A DNA stretch of 64,000 nt from Armatimonadota bacterium (GTDB lineage Bacteria > Armatimonadota > Zipacnadia > Zipacnadales > UBA5352): contig JBMNNW010000007.1 of NCBI GenBank assembly GCA_050942735.1, positions 13,086 to 77,085 on the forward strand, given 5' to 3'. The notes under the pieces are model-generated. The model was not told the DNA's origin. It made no database searches and was given only the letters and a program-made list of their open reading frames with translations. Made by a program: the position numbers and the translations under genes. Of this stretch, positions 19,811 through 30,320 are shown piece by piece. Every line of letters begins with the position of its first letter. Positions within the stretch are counted from its first letter, which is position 1.

Positions 19811-21463
19811 GTGCATTTCAGGACCGGAATCGAAACGACGGTCGAGCAGCTTGAGCACTGGATGGAACTGCCATCCGAGGACGAGCACATCGAGTTCAAA
19901 GAGGCTAAGGGGAGTTTCGCCTTCGATGATGCGGCGAATTACTGCATTGCGCTGGCCAACGAGGGTGGAGGCAAACTGATACTCGGTGTCAGCGATTCCC
20001 CGCCACGTCACGTGGTTGGCAGTCGAGCCTTTCGCAACCCTCAGAAGACGCAGAAGGGCCTGCTGGACTCGATCCACCTCAGGATCTTCATTGAGGAGAT
20101 TGAGCATCCTGACGGACGAGTTGTTGTGCTGCACGTTCCGAGCCGGCCTATCGGAATGCCGCTCGCACGTAACGGCAGGTTCCTGATGCGGTCAGGCGAA
20201 TCACTGGTGGGGATGACTTCCGACCAGATCCGACGAATCCACGATGAAGGACGGCCTGACTTTTCAGCAACGATCTGTGAGCAAGCGGAGGGTGCGGAGC
20301 TTTCGGCAGCAGCAGTTCAGATCCTACGCGATGAATGGCGAAGGAAGTCCGGCAACGTTCGCATCGATGAACTCACGGATGAGCAGCTTCTGGCGGATCT
20401 TGGTGTTGTCCGACCTGATGGTGTTACGTACGCGGCGATTATTCTGTTGGGGTCGGAGGACGCTGTTCGCCGGCATCTTCCATGTGCCGAGATCATCTTC
20501 GAATACCGATCTGACGAATACACTATTCGCCATCAAGACCGAATCGAATTCCAGCGTGGATTTCTCCTGTGTCATAATGACATCTGGAGCGCCGTGAACC
20601 GGCGTAACGATACGGAACACTATCAGGACGGATTGTGGCTTCGGGACATTCCGGTCTTCAGCGAAAGCGTGATACGTGAGGCGGTCCTGAATGCCGTCAG
20701 TCATCGGGACTACCGGCTGCAGGGTCCGGTGTTCATCCGCCAGTTCCCGCGCAAGCTGGAAGTCCTCAGCCCCGGCGGGTTACCCGAGGGTGTGACGGTC
20801 GAGAACATAATGGACAGGCAGGTTGCGCGGAACCCGCTCCTGGCTACCGTGCTTGAGAGGTGCGGGCTGATTGAGCGATCGGGGCAGGGAGTGGACCTCA
20901 TGTTCGGCAACTGCCTTCGTGAGGGGAAGGCTCTTCCCGATTACTCGCGGACCGACGAACATCAGGTCTTTCTCACGCTACCCGGCGAAGTACAGGATGC
21001 GAACTTCGTGCGGTTTCTGGAGACTGTCGATCGTGATAGGCAGATCGGCTTTACAACAGAGGATCTGATCATACTCGATCACCTCAAACACAAGCGAACT
21101 GTGCCCCAACGTCTGAGCAATCGGTTGGCACGACTCGTTGAGGCTGGTGTTGTTGAACGACGCGGACGGAACCAGCATATTCTTTCGCAGGAGTACTATC
21201 GCTTTGTTGACGAAAGAGGCGCCTACACGCGCGTTGCGGGATTGGATCGGGAGAAGTGCAAATTGCCTCTTCTGCAGCACATAGAAGAGAATCAGGATGA
21301 CGGCAGTCGAATGAAGGATCTCATGGACGTGGTGAATCATCTGACACGAAGTCAGGTGAGGACGCTCCTTGATGATCTGCGTGAAGACGGGCGTATTCAC
21401 TGCGTCGGCGTCACCCGAAACGCTCGTTGGTACCCGGGGCCAGATCCAGATAGCAACACGTAG
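19811..21463 (+). CDS. Schlafen/AlbA_2 + HATPase_c_4 (RecG-C-like) + winged-HTH protein
   Basis: EDEHIEFKEA, ALANEGGG.LILGV, REAVLNAVSHRDY, SPGGLP, RNPLLA, IERSGQG; visibly lower GC than flanks. Confidence 0.88.
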   Translation: MHFRTGIETTVEQLEHWMELPSEDEHIEFKEAKGSFAFDDAANYCIALANEGGGKLILGVSDSPPRHVVGSRAFRNPQKTQKGLLDSIHLRIFIEEIEHPDGRVVVLHVPSRPIGMPLARNGRFLMRSGESLVGMTSDQIRRIHDEGRPDFSATICEQAEGAELSAAAVQILRDEWRRKSGNVRIDELTDEQLLADLGVVRPDGVTYAAIILLGSEDAVRRHLPCAEIIFEYRSDEYTIRHQDRIEFQRGFLLCHNDIWSAVNRRNDTEHYQDGLWLRDIPVFSESVIREAVLNAVSHRDYRLQGPVFIRQFPRKLEVLSPGGLPEGVTVENIMDRQVARNPLLATVLERCGLIERSGQGVDLMFGNCLREGKALPDYSRTDEHQVFLTLPGEVQDANFVRFLETVDRDRQIGFTTEDLIILDHLKHKRTVPQRLSNRLARLVEAGVVERRGRNQHILSQEYYRFVDERGAYTRVAGLDREKCKLPLLQHIEENQDDGSRMKDLMDVVNHLTRSQVRTLLDDLREDGRIHCVGVTRNARWYPGPDPDSNT

Positions 21464-21820
21464 CTATCGAGAAGTGGCGTATTGCGCGATGGTCTTCCCG
21501 TGCGCAATAGAAACGCAATAGAACCAATCAGCAACCAATGTCTCGCAATTGAACGACATCCTGTCCTTTGGACGTAGTGCCCACTAAGGCACCAATACAG
21601 CGAATACGCCTGTCGATGTCTCTCTACCTGGGGGATTGGCAAGCACCTAATCTCAGCCAAACAGAACGCAATGCACACGCAATCCAGATCCAATACACGC
21701 CTGGGCCCTGGATGATCCGCCGCGGGGGAGCTTTGCCGAACACGTCATCAAGACCGGCAAGCGGATCGTGTGAGAGTGCAGAAAGCAGTACCATCGACCG
21801 CGGGGCAGGAGGTGGCGTGG

Positions 21821-22288
21821 ATGCGCAGAAGCTCAGTCACCCGTCGCTCCCGTCTCGCCGGCGCCCTTGCGCTGGGGGGCATGCTGCTCGTCGTGGGCGG
21901 CTGCGAGGAGCCCGAGGATGCCGATGTCGAGTTCATCTACGAGATGGCCGACTACGACATGGCCGAGAACGCCGTCACCGGGCAGGTCCGCAGCCGCCTC
22001 GAGCGGCAGCAGATCGAACTGCGCGGCCTGTGGCTGGGGCTCCGCCCCGTGGAGGACGGCCCATCCACGCTCAACGCCGATGTGGATGTCTACGCCGAGG
22101 CCGATCAGGCGGAGGAGATCGCCCGCCTCGTCGCTGAGGTGAGCCTCAACGCGCTGCCGAGGCACGAGCTGGTGCAGGTACGCGTCTTCTGGTGGCGCGA
22201 CACATCCGGCGAGGACTATGCGCACAACGCAGGCACCTGGGTGTGGAACGCGGGGGGCGAACTAATCCGTCACATTCGACCCGAATAG
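21821..22288 (+). CDS. Hypothetical lipoprotein
   Basis: GGAGGT RBS; basic N-terminus, hydrophobic stretch and VGGC lipobox. Confidence 0.75.
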   Translation: MRRSSVTRRSRLAGALALGGMLLVVGGCEEPEDADVEFIYEMADYDMAENAVTGQVRSRLERQQIELRGLWLGLRPVEDGPSTLNADVDVYAEADQAEEIARLVAEVSLNALPRHELVQVRVFWWRDTSGEDYAHNAGTWVWNAGGELIRHIRPE

Positions 22289-22363
22289 CCGAGACCGTGA
22301 TCGTCGAGCGGTCGCGCGCCGACCGCTCCCGCACGCACAGGTTCACGTAGAGGAGATTCTTCG

Positions 22364-24736
22364 ATGGCACTTGATGAACGACAGATAGCCGTGTCCGAGA
22401 TGGACGACGACCAGCTCCAGGCCGTGCTCGACGAGCACGGTGTCGGACTCACCGTGGGCGAGGCACGGCGGATCGCCGAGCTGATCGGCCGTGACCCGAC
22501 CCTCGTGGAGCTGCATATCTTCAACGTGGAGTGGAGCGAGCACTGCTCATACAAGTCGTCGAAGTCCTCGCTCGGGCTCCTGCCCACCGACGCCCCCAAC
22601 GTGATCCTCGGCCCGCAGGAGGACGCGGGGATCGTGTTCTTCACCGAGCACGAGGGCAGACGCTACGGGATCGTGATGGCGCACGAGAGTCACAACCATC
22701 CCTCGCAGGTGCTGCCGGTCGAGGGCGCGGCCACCGGTATCGGGGGGATCGTCCGCGACGTGGACTGCATGGGCGCGCGGGTCTTCGCGACCGCCGACCC
22801 CCTTCGCTTCGGCGACCCGGAGGGCGAGAACGCCGAGCGCACCCGCTGGATCGTGCGCGGCGTGGTTGACGGCATCTGGCAGTACGGCAATGCGCTTGGC
22901 GTCCCGAACCTCGGCGGCGACATCTACTTCGACGAGACCTTCGACGACAACTGCCTCGTGAACGTCGTCGCCCTCGGCGTGGTGGCCGAGGAGGATATCA
23001 TCCACTCGGCCGTGCCGCCCGAGGCGCACGATGAGCCTTACGTGATGATCCTCGTGGGCAAGCCCACCGACGACTCGGGCTTCGGCGGCTCGGCCTTCGC
23101 CTCGAAGATGCTCGACGAGGACGAGCAGGCCGACGACAGGGGCGCCGTCCAGGTCCCCGACCCCTTCCTCAAGAACGTGCTGGCGATGCGCAAGGCCAAC
23201 GAGGCCGTCCGCGAGCATGCGAAGCAGAAGGGCATCGTCATCGGCATGAAGGACATCGGCGGCGGCGGTCTGGCCTGCGGCACCTCCGAGATCGCCGCGG
23301 CCGGCGGCTTCGGCGTGGACGTGAACCTCGAGGAGATTCACACCGGGCTTGAGGGTCTGCTGCCCGAGACGATCATGTGCGCGGAGACCCAGGAGCGCTA
23401 CGTGCTCGCCGTGCCCGAGCACTTCGCCGGCGAGGTGCTGGAGATCTACAACCGCGACTGGGACCTGCCGAACGTCTATGAGGGCGCCTGCGCGGTTGTC
23501 GTCGGGCGGATCACCGAGGAGTCGGTGTACACCGTGCGTGTCGGCGACACGATCGTCACGCAGGCGCCGATCGAGGCGGTCACCTCCGGGATCTCCTACG
23601 ATCGAGAGGAGCAGCCGCGTGAGTGGACCGAGCCGGAGCCGGAGTTCGATCGTCCCGCCGACCTCGCGGAGACACTGCTGACGGTGCTGGGCGGCCCGAA
23701 CGTGTGCTCGCGCGAGTACATCTACCGCGCCTACGACTCAGAGGTGCAGGGCAACGCGGTCCTGCGGCCGGGGGAGGCGGGCGCGGGCGTCTCACATCCG
23801 CTTGAGGGCTCCCTGGCGGGCGTGGCGCTGTCGGTGGACGGCAACCCGCGCTACGGCCGCATCGACCCCTACTGGGGCGGTGCGACCGCGGTGGCCGAGG
23901 CGATGCGCAATGTCGCATGCGTCGGGGCGGTGCCGCAGGCGCTGACCGACTGCCTCAACTTCGGCAACCCCGAGAAGCCCGAGCAGTTCTGGGAGTTCCG
24001 CCAGGGCGTCAGGGGCGTGGCCGACGCCGCGAGCAACCTGTGGCTCAAGGGCCACGAGGAGGGCACGCCCACCCCGGTGATCTCGGGCAACGTGAGCCTC
24101 TACAACGAGTCTGCCGGCGGAAGCTCGGTCGCGCCCTCGCCGATCATCGCCTGCGTGGGCGTGCTGGAGGACTACTCGAAGGCGGTCACCGCGCAGTTCA
24201 AGCAGGCCGGCGACGCGATCTACCTGCTCGGCGCGCGGAAGGACGAACTCGGCGGCTCGGCGTACTATCACGCGCTGGGCCTCGGGCTCGGCGCGAACGT
24301 TCCGAAGGTTGACTGGGAGGCCGAGCGCGCCGGGATCTACGCCGTCACCGACGCGATCGACGAGGGGCTCGTCGCCGCCTGCCAGGACATCTCCGACGGC
24401 GGGCTGGCGGTCGCGCTGGCCGAGATGTGCATGGGCCCGTTCGGTCGTGGCGACGTCGGCGCGGACGTGGACATCGAGCCGGTGCTGGGCGGCCTGCGGC
24501 CGGACGTGGCGCTTTTCAGCGAGTCCGGCGGGTTCGTGGTCGAGGTGCGGACGGGCGCGGAGGAGCGCTTCGAGGCGCTCTGCGCGGAGCATGGCGTGGA
24601 GGCCGTGAGGCTGGGAGAGACCGACGAGGACGCCGGGCTTGAGATCGAGTGCGGCGACGATGACCTCGTGATCCTCTCGATCCAGAGCATGGCGGAGGAG
24701 TGGCTCAACGCCCTTCCGCGCATGTTGCAGTCGTAA
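22364..24736 (+). CDS. purL: Phosphoribosylformylglycinamidine synthase subunit PurL
   Basis: WSEHCSYKSS, ESHNHPS, GAATGIGG, ETQER, DCLNFGNPE, SGNVSLYN, DISDGG. Confidence 0.97.
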   Translation: MALDERQIAVSEMDDDQLQAVLDEHGVGLTVGEARRIAELIGRDPTLVELHIFNVEWSEHCSYKSSKSSLGLLPTDAPNVILGPQEDAGIVFFTEHEGRRYGIVMAHESHNHPSQVLPVEGAATGIGGIVRDVDCMGARVFATADPLRFGDPEGENAERTRWIVRGVVDGIWQYGNALGVPNLGGDIYFDETFDDNCLVNVVALGVVAEEDIIHSAVPPEAHDEPYVMILVGKPTDDSGFGGSAFASKMLDEDEQADDRGAVQVPDPFLKNVLAMRKANEAVREHAKQKGIVIGMKDIGGGGLACGTSEIAAAGGFGVDVNLEEIHTGLEGLLPETIMCAETQERYVLAVPEHFAGEVLEIYNRDWDLPNVYEGACAVVVGRITEESVYTVRVGDTIVTQAPIEAVTSGISYDREEQPREWTEPEPEFDRPADLAETLLTVLGGPNVCSREYIYRAYDSEVQGNAVLRPGEAGAGVSHPLEGSLAGVALSVDGNPRYGRIDPYWGGATAVAEAMRNVACVGAVPQALTDCLNFGNPEKPEQFWEFRQGVRGVADAASNLWLKGHEEGTPTPVISGNVSLYNESAGGSSVAPSPIIACVGVLEDYSKAVTAQFKQAGDAIYLLGARKDELGGSAYYHALGLGLGANVPKVDWEAERAGIYAVTDAIDEGLVAACQDISDGGLAVALAEMCMGPFGRGDVGADVDIEPVLGGLRPDVALFSESGGFVVEVRTGAEERFEALCAEHGVEAVRLGETDEDAGLEIECGDDDLVILSIQSMAEEWLNALPRMLQS

Positions 24737-24847
24737 GACACACCGTGGTCGGGCGCGGTCGTCAGTCGCTGAAGCGCGTGACAGGGCGCCGCGCCCTCTG
24801 TGTGGAGATATGCAGCAAGGTGACGAGCACGAGGGAGGCGCAGAGCA

Positions 24848-26092
24848 ATGGCTGAGGCACAGATTCCCGAGACGATGACGGCCCTTCAACTCACAGGGGT
24901 CGGGATGGAGCGGGTGGAGTTGCGTGAGGTGGCGGTCCCGCGTCCGGAGAGAGACCAGGTCCTCTGCCGCGTGGAGTGTGCCGTCGCCTGCGCCTCCGAC
25001 AGCAAGATCATCGACCAGGGCCCCGAGCATTCGCTGATGCACGGCTGGGACCCGGCGAAGTGGCCGGTGACACTCGGCCACGAGGGCTGCGTGACGGCGG
25101 TCGAGGTCGGCAAGAACTGGGAGGACAAGATTGAGGTCGGCCGGCGCTACGCGGTCCAGCCCGCGGTCCCCTCCGCTCCCTCGCGCCACCGCGACCGCTA
25201 CGCAAACGACGGCCGGGGGATTCGCAAGATCGCGGTCGGTTACACACTGCCGGGCCTCTTCGCCGAGTACGTGATCATCGACCCGGAGGTCATCGCATGC
25301 TCCTGCATGGTGCCGCTGCCCTCGGATGATCTGTCGCATTACGCGGCGGCGCTCTCGGAGCCGATCTCCTGCGTGGTAGCCGCGCAGCAGCACAGCTTCC
25401 ACATCATCAAGGACGCGCCCGATGCCCCCCGGCAGCCGCATATCGGCCTGCTGCCGGGCGGCACCACGCTGGTCCTGGGCGCGGGGCCGATGGGCCTGTG
25501 GCACGTGGAGATCGCGATGAGCTACGCGCCGGAGACGATCATCATCTCGGAGCCGAACTCCGCGCGGCGGGAGACCGCGCATGAGTTCTTCGCCGCCCGG
25601 GCCCGCGACGCGGGCGTCAGCCTGGTTCTGACCACCCCGGATATGCTCGAGGACATCATCGCGGACGTGACCGGCGGCCGCGGGGTGGATGACTGCATCG
25701 TCGCGCTGGGCATCCGCGCGGTGCAGGAGAAGTCGTTCGACTACCTCGGTGAGGGCGGTGTCACGAACCTCTTCGGCGGCGTGAAGGCGGGCGAGGAGAT
25801 GATCGCGGTGGACGCCCGGCGCGTCCACTACGAGTCGATCTCGGTGGTAGGCTCATCGGGCTCCGACCCGTCGGACATGGCGCTGGCGATGGAGATGATC
25901 GCCGAGGATCGCATTCAGCCCGGGAAGTATGTCTCGGCCGTCGGCGGGCTCGACGCGGCCCGCGACCTGCTTGGTGCGGTCCGCGAGCAGCGGATGGAGG
26001 GCAAGGGCGTCATCTACCCGAGCCTGCGCAAGCCCCTCGAGGAGATCGACGGCTGGTCGGACGAGCAGGAGCGGGCGCTACCGGGCGGGTAA
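24848..26092 (+). CDS. Zinc-type medium-chain (polyol/sugar-phosphate) dehydrogenase
   Basis: CASD, LGHEG, EPISCV, Rossmann GAGPMG; resembles the SorE-like subfamily. Confidence 0.85.
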   Translation: MAEAQIPETMTALQLTGVGMERVELREVAVPRPERDQVLCRVECAVACASDSKIIDQGPEHSLMHGWDPAKWPVTLGHEGCVTAVEVGKNWEDKIEVGRRYAVQPAVPSAPSRHRDRYANDGRGIRKIAVGYTLPGLFAEYVIIDPEVIACSCMVPLPSDDLSHYAAALSEPISCVVAAQQHSFHIIKDAPDAPRQPHIGLLPGGTTLVLGAGPMGLWHVEIAMSYAPETIIISEPNSARRETAHEFFAARARDAGVSLVLTTPDMLEDIIADVTGGRGVDDCIVALGIRAVQEKSFDYLGEGGVTNLFGGVKAGEEMIAVDARRVHYESISVVGSSGSDPSDMALAMEMIAEDRIQPGKYVSAVGGLDAARDLLGAVREQRMEGKGVIYPSLRKPLEEIDGWSDEQERALPGG

Positions 26093-26163
26093 GAGCGGAG
26101 AGGGCGGTGCCGAACAACCGACGGACGGGGGAACGCCCGTCGCAAGAGCGAGGAGATGCTACT

Positions 26164-27429
26164 GTGGACTGGACCATCCAGGGCGTCATCGAGTTGGGCT
26201 GCTGGATCGGACACTTCCCGCACCGCTGGCCGACCGGCCACGATGCCGAGGACTGCATCAACGCGCATACCGACTGCAACATCCGCCACCTCGTCTGGGA
26301 ACTGGGTCGCAGCGTGCTGACATATCACAGCGACCTGCCCGGCGCGACCTGCAAGGGTTTCCTCGATGAGGGGCTCATCGGGGGCGCGCAGGGCCGGGCG
26401 GTGCAGGCGATATACCGCGAGCGCTGCCAGCTTCGCGCCGCGCTGCAGTACGCTCGCGAGCATCCCGAAGGGCCCTGCACCGTCTACGGCCGGCTGAGCA
26501 TGAACCGGCATTACTCCCCGGGCGCGCCGCACCGCGGGCAGTTCGCGCAGAATCACCCCCAGTTGCTCGAAGTCCACCGCGACGGGACGCTTGATGTGAC
26601 CCGAATCTGCTACGCCGCTCCGGAGTACCGCCGCGAGCGCGTGGCGATTCTCATGGAGGCCGCGGAGATCGGCTGCGAGGGCCTCTGCCTCGACTTCTGC
26701 CGCCAGCCACCGGCGGCGCGCTACCACCCTTTGCTGGTGAACGCGTGGCGCGAACGGACCGGACGCGATCCGCGCGAGTTGACCCTTTCGGCCGACCGCG
26801 ATGAGTTCCTCGCGTGGTGCACGTTCCGGGCCGCTGCGGTGACGGAGCTGCTGGTGGAGCTGAAGGCCGAACTCGATCCGCTGCGGGAGCGCTACGATCG
26901 GGCGATCCCCGTGCAGGTGCGCATCCCCAACGACGGGATCGAGGCGAACCTGATCTGCGGCTTCGCGGTGGAGGAGTGGTGCCGGCGGGGGCTGATCGGT
27001 GAGATCGCGCTCTCGGAGCTGCGCTGGATCGAGGAGTACCAGCAGTGGGATGATGAGCCCTACCTCGCACTGGGCCGCGAGCACGGCATCCCGGTCTACG
27101 CGGGCAACAACTGCCTCCCCACGCAGCACAGCGGCTGGAGCGGCGAGTGCAACCCGCGCGGGGTGAACCCGTGGGTGATGGCGAAGCGCGCTCTCGATGC
27201 GCATGAGGCGGGCGCCGCGGGCGTGTGCGTCTACCAGAGCGACCTGGGCGTCCAGTGGCCGGGGCAGATCGAGGCGCTGACGACGTTCGCCGACCCGGAG
27301 GCACTCCGCGCGTTCGTCGAAGATCCTGGTGTGCGCGCTCTTTACCCGGTGACGGACGAGAACCGCACCTTCGGGATCGACAACCACTCATCGCCGCCCG
27401 GCCGGTTCATCAGCGCCGACGAACTCTGA
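26164..27429 (+). CDS. TIM-barrel glycoside-hydrolase-like protein (GHL10-like)
   Basis: AGGAGA RBS plus GTG; pattern RLSMN..HPQ..CYAAPEYR..EGLCLDFCR..VEEWCRRGL. Family inferred. Confidence 0.6.
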   Translation: MDWTIQGVIELGCWIGHFPHRWPTGHDAEDCINAHTDCNIRHLVWELGRSVLTYHSDLPGATCKGFLDEGLIGGAQGRAVQAIYRERCQLRAALQYAREHPEGPCTVYGRLSMNRHYSPGAPHRGQFAQNHPQLLEVHRDGTLDVTRICYAAPEYRRERVAILMEAAEIGCEGLCLDFCRQPPAARYHPLLVNAWRERTGRDPRELTLSADRDEFLAWCTFRAAAVTELLVELKAELDPLRERYDRAIPVQVRIPNDGIEANLICGFAVEEWCRRGLIGEIALSELRWIEEYQQWDDEPYLALGREHGIPVYAGNNCLPTQHSGWSGECNPRGVNPWVMAKRALDAHEAGAAGVCVYQSDLGVQWPGQIEALTTFADPEALRAFVEDPGVRALYPVTDENRTFGIDNHSSPPGRFISADEL

Positions 27430-27481
27430 TCGCTCCGCTGACCGGCGCGATTCCATCCGGTTGCGTGGCAGGTACGCACGG

Positions 27482-27513
27482 ACGCCCCGCCCTTCGCGCG
27501 AAGGGCGGGGCGT
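27482..27513. terminator. Perfect 32-bp palindrome between convergent genes (bidirectional terminator-like)
   Basis: ACGCCCCGCCCTTCGC-GCGAAGGGCGGGGCGT. Confidence 0.7.
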
Positions 27514-27536
27514 TGATTGTTTCGAGGCGGCGGCTT

Positions 27537-28343
27537 CTATCCCCTGCGCCGCCGGCGCAGGACGATTGCCCCGAGGCCGGTAGCCATCAGGACCATCGTG
27601 GTGGGTTCGGGTGTGCCGAACTCGATGTTGTCGAAATCAGCGTCCGCGAGGACTCCTTCGCTCTGCGTGACGACGCCGACGCCGCCGAAGCCGGTGTTGT
27701 AGTATGTGGTGACCCCGGTGTCGAGGTGCCAGGCATCCGGTTCAGCCGAGCCGTCGGCCCAGACGCGAGCCTGCAGACGGGTGTCGGCATCGGCTCCGGT
27801 GGCGAAGAAGCGGAACCAGACATCGCTGTACTCGCTGAGGATGGTGACCTCACTGGTGATTGCGGGTGTGCTGACGTCATCCAGCCGGTAGAGAGTCGCG
27901 GTGATGTTGTCCGCCGCGTTGTGCGCGATGGCGAGGGCATAGCCGGTGCCGAAGCCACCGATGCCCGAAGGCGTGTAGCGCAGCAGCGAGAGCGCGGCCC
28001 AGCCGTTGGCGGTGACCCGGGAGCTGTCCACCCATCCGGTCATCCCCTGGTTGCCCTCAAGAACGCTGACGTAGGCGCCGGCCCAGCCGGCACCCGCCGC
28101 CCCGAGGTAGGTCCCGGTCTGCCGGAAGACGTACTCCCCGCCACCGGTATCAACGACGGAGTGAGTGAAGCCGCCGGGCCCGCCGAATGTCGTCCATGTG
28201 GGGTTACTGGTGTAGTCGCCGTCCTGGAAATCATCCTGCCAGAAGATGGTGTCCCATGTGTCCGCGTAGCCGAGGGCCCCGCAGACGAGGAGAAGAACAA
28301 CCGCAGCGCACGTCAATCGCCAGACGCCAGAATGGCCGAGCAT
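27537..28343 (-). CDS. PEP-CTERM sorting domain protein (beta-rich exported domain)
   Basis: Signal peptide; C-terminal TPEP + TM helix + RRRRRG. Confidence 0.92.
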   Translation of the reverse strand: MLGHSGVWRLTCAAVVLLLVCGALGYADTWDTIFWQDDFQDGDYTSNPTWTTFGGPGGFTHSVVDTGGGEYVFRQTGTYLGAAGAGWAGAYVSVLEGNQGMTGWVDSSRVTANGWAALSLLRYTPSGIGGFGTGYALAIAHNAADNITATLYRLDDVSTPAITSEVTILSEYSDVWFRFFATGADADTRLQARVWADGSAEPDAWHLDTGVTTYYNTGFGGVGVVTQSEGVLADADFDNIEFGTPEPTTMVLMATGLGAIVLRRRRRG

Positions 28344-28392
28344 GGCCCTGCCCCTCCCTGTGCATGTCCAGCAACGTCACAACTGTGCGGAT

Positions 28393-28421
28393 AGTATACT
28401 CAGATAGCAGGCTCTTGCCAA
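28393..28421 (-). promoter_or_regulatory. Sigma70-type promoter of the PEP-CTERM gene
   Basis: TTGGCA-17 nt-TATACT. Confidence 0.55.
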
Positions 28422-28566
28422 GGTCCGTGACGAAATAATTCACCGAAATTTTTCGTTTCGCCCGATCATCGCCGAGAACGCAAGCGCGCGGCGCGCAGGA
28501 TTCGGGGGCTCGACCGCGAAGTATAAGGTAGCTGTACCAACCAGGAACACAAAGGAGCGGTGGACG

Positions 28567-28839
28567 ATGGGCAAGGAAGTCGTCATCTTCCAGAGTGAAG
28601 AGAAGGCCGACAGGGCACGTGTGTGCTCGTTTCTGCGCGACCTCGCCGACCGTATCGAGCAGAACAGCGTCGTTCTGAAGAAGGGCGACGAGGAGACGCC
28701 GGTTGACATTCCCGAGATGGTCGAGCTTGAGGTGAAGTTCGAGGAGGAAACCGGCAGCTCGGGCAAGGAGTACAGCATCGAGGTCGAGCTGGAATGGCCT
28801 GAGGGCGGGATGAAGGGCGGAGCAGTCAGCCTCGGCTGA
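28567..28839 (+). CDS. Amphi-Trp domain protein
   Basis: FLRDLADRIE..VVL..ELEVKFEEE..SIEVELEW; AGGAG RBS. Confidence 0.88.
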   Translation: MGKEVVIFQSEEKADRARVCSFLRDLADRIEQNSVVLKKGDEETPVDIPEMVELEVKFEEETGSSGKEYSIEVELEWPEGGMKGGAVSLG

Positions 28840-28861
28840 GCCGCCGAAGACGGAAAGCGCG

Positions 28862-28891
28862 CAGGCGGCCGGGCCCCAATCCGGCCGCCTG
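28862..28891. terminator. Hairpin between convergent genes
   Basis: 11-bp stem CAGGCGGCCGG / CCGGCCGCCTG. Confidence 0.55.
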
Positions 28892-28946
28892 TGTTCCCCG
28901 GGACGACTGCCGCGACGGAAGTCGCGGCCGGTTCGTGTGGCACGCC

Positions 28947-29384
28947 TCAGATGCTCGCGCGCCTGGCAGCGACACTCTCCCGAGCCATCGCGATGAAGCT
29001 CGCGACTTCGAAGGGCTTGTGGAAGAAGCCGACCACTGACGCCTCAGTCGCGCAGATCTCGGCGGCGTCAACGTCCATCCCACTCACCAGGATCACGGGA
29101 ACCCCCTCGGCGTTGCTCTCCAGCCATCGGCAGAGTTCGAGACCATCCATCTCCGGCATATCGATGTCGCTGACGACCAGATCCACGCCACCGTGCGCCG
29201 CGTGCGCGGAGACCCCCTCGACACCGTTCCCCGCCTCGATCACGCCGAAGCCCTCGTCCTCAAGCAGCATGCGAAGTATGCTCAGTACCGATGGGTCGTC
29301 ATCCACGACAAGAACCGTCGCGTCAACGTTCGCTCGCCCGGCAGGCGCATCAGGCGCCCCACGGCGATCGCTCCTCTCAGACAT
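28947..29384 (-). CDS. Single-domain response regulator (intact receiver)
   Basis: LVVDDD, VVSDIDMPEMDG, VILVS, HKPF. Confidence 0.9.
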   Translation of the reverse strand: MSERSDRRGAPDAPAGRANVDATVLVVDDDPSVLSILRMLLEDEGFGVIEAGNGVEGVSAHAAHGGVDLVVSDIDMPEMDGLELCRWLESNAEGVPVILVSGMDVDAAEICATEASVVGFFHKPFEVASFIAMARESVAARRASI

Positions 29385-29846
29385 CCGGTCACCCCCGACA
29401 CAGTCGCCTCCCGCGCTCCTCTCCCGGGAATGCCTCGATCAGTGTAGCATCCGGCTCGATCGGATCTTTCCGCGTGGTCCGGGACAGGCGGGTCTACTAT
29501 AGATAACGTCGCTTCTGAAGATATGTTTCCTCTGTATTGGGCTTATTAACGCAAAGACTCGAGTAAATGCAGATAATGATGAGGAGAAGAGGAGCTATGA
29601 GAACGAAATCTGAGGCGCTTCTCGACGGCCCGGAGGGGTGGCGCCGTGCATGCTGAGGCTGGGGGCCGTATCCGTCGGCGAGGCGGTGCGGGCGGCGTGC
29701 CCGGAGGAAGGCTGGCGGAGGCGCAGCGTCATCTGAGCGTGGCGCGGCGATGGGCGATCGACGCCGGCAGTGCCTCGAAGCCCGAGGTCGCCGCGCGCAG
29801 GGGCGGGGCGCACCGGCGCTGAGGCGGACGTTCGCGGCGCGCCCCG

Positions 29847-30299
29847 TCAGCGACGGCTTCGCCGGTCGGACCGGGCGCCGCGCGAGGATCGCGACGGCGG
29901 CGCGGCCGACGTTGAGCGTGGACTGCGCCGGGACCCCGACCCCGACCCCCACCCCGACCCCGACCCCGACGCCGACGCCGACGCCGGTCGCGAGGGCGAT
30001 CGGCGGCTGAGGCGGCTCGTGCGCACGGCCTGGGCATGCTGCCTCTGAGCCTGCTCGAGCCGCCGGGAGGCAAGTTCCATCTTCTCCGCCTGGGACTCGA
30101 GTTCTTCGGCGGTGAGCGGGCGTCGCGGCTGCCCGAACAGCAGCATGCCCGCGAGGATGATGATGATCGCCAGCAGAGCGTCCGTGAGTGTCATCTGCTG
30201 GTAGATCCCCAACTCATCCACGATGAGCCACCTGAGTATCTGAGCCCCGGGGAAGAACAGCAGCAGGCCGACCAGGAGGCCGAACAGGCGTCGCATCAT
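29847..30299 (-). CDS. Hypothetical 2-TM protein with Ser/Gly/Arg-rich tail
   Basis: Two hydrophobic helices, a coiled segment and a low-complexity tail encoded by 6-bp repeats at about 29932-29986. Confidence 0.7.
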   Translation of the reverse strand: MMRRLFGLLVGLLLFFPGAQILRWLIVDELGIYQQMTLTDALLAIIIILAGMLLFGQPRRPLTAEELESQAEKMELASRRLEQAQRQHAQAVRTSRLSRRSPSRPASASASGSGSGWGSGSGSRRSPRSTSAAPPSRSSRGARSDRRSRR

Positions 30300-30320
30300 C
30301 CCGACATCACCCCTCACGGA

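Noticed and set aside
23792-25828. 678-aa minus-strand ORF
   Set aside because: Shadow of purL and the dehydrogenase gene.
28405-28421. Sigma54 promoter for the PEP-CTERM gene
   Set aside because: GG-to-GC spacing is 9 nt rather than 10; the sigma70 reading fits better.
29495-29612. AT-rich patch as foreign DNA
   Set aside because: Short and directly upstream of the response regulator; most simply a promoter region.
29932-29986. 6-bp tandem repeat as a contingency locus
   Set aside because: In-frame, imperfect repeats that simply encode a Ser-Gly/Ser-Ala linker.
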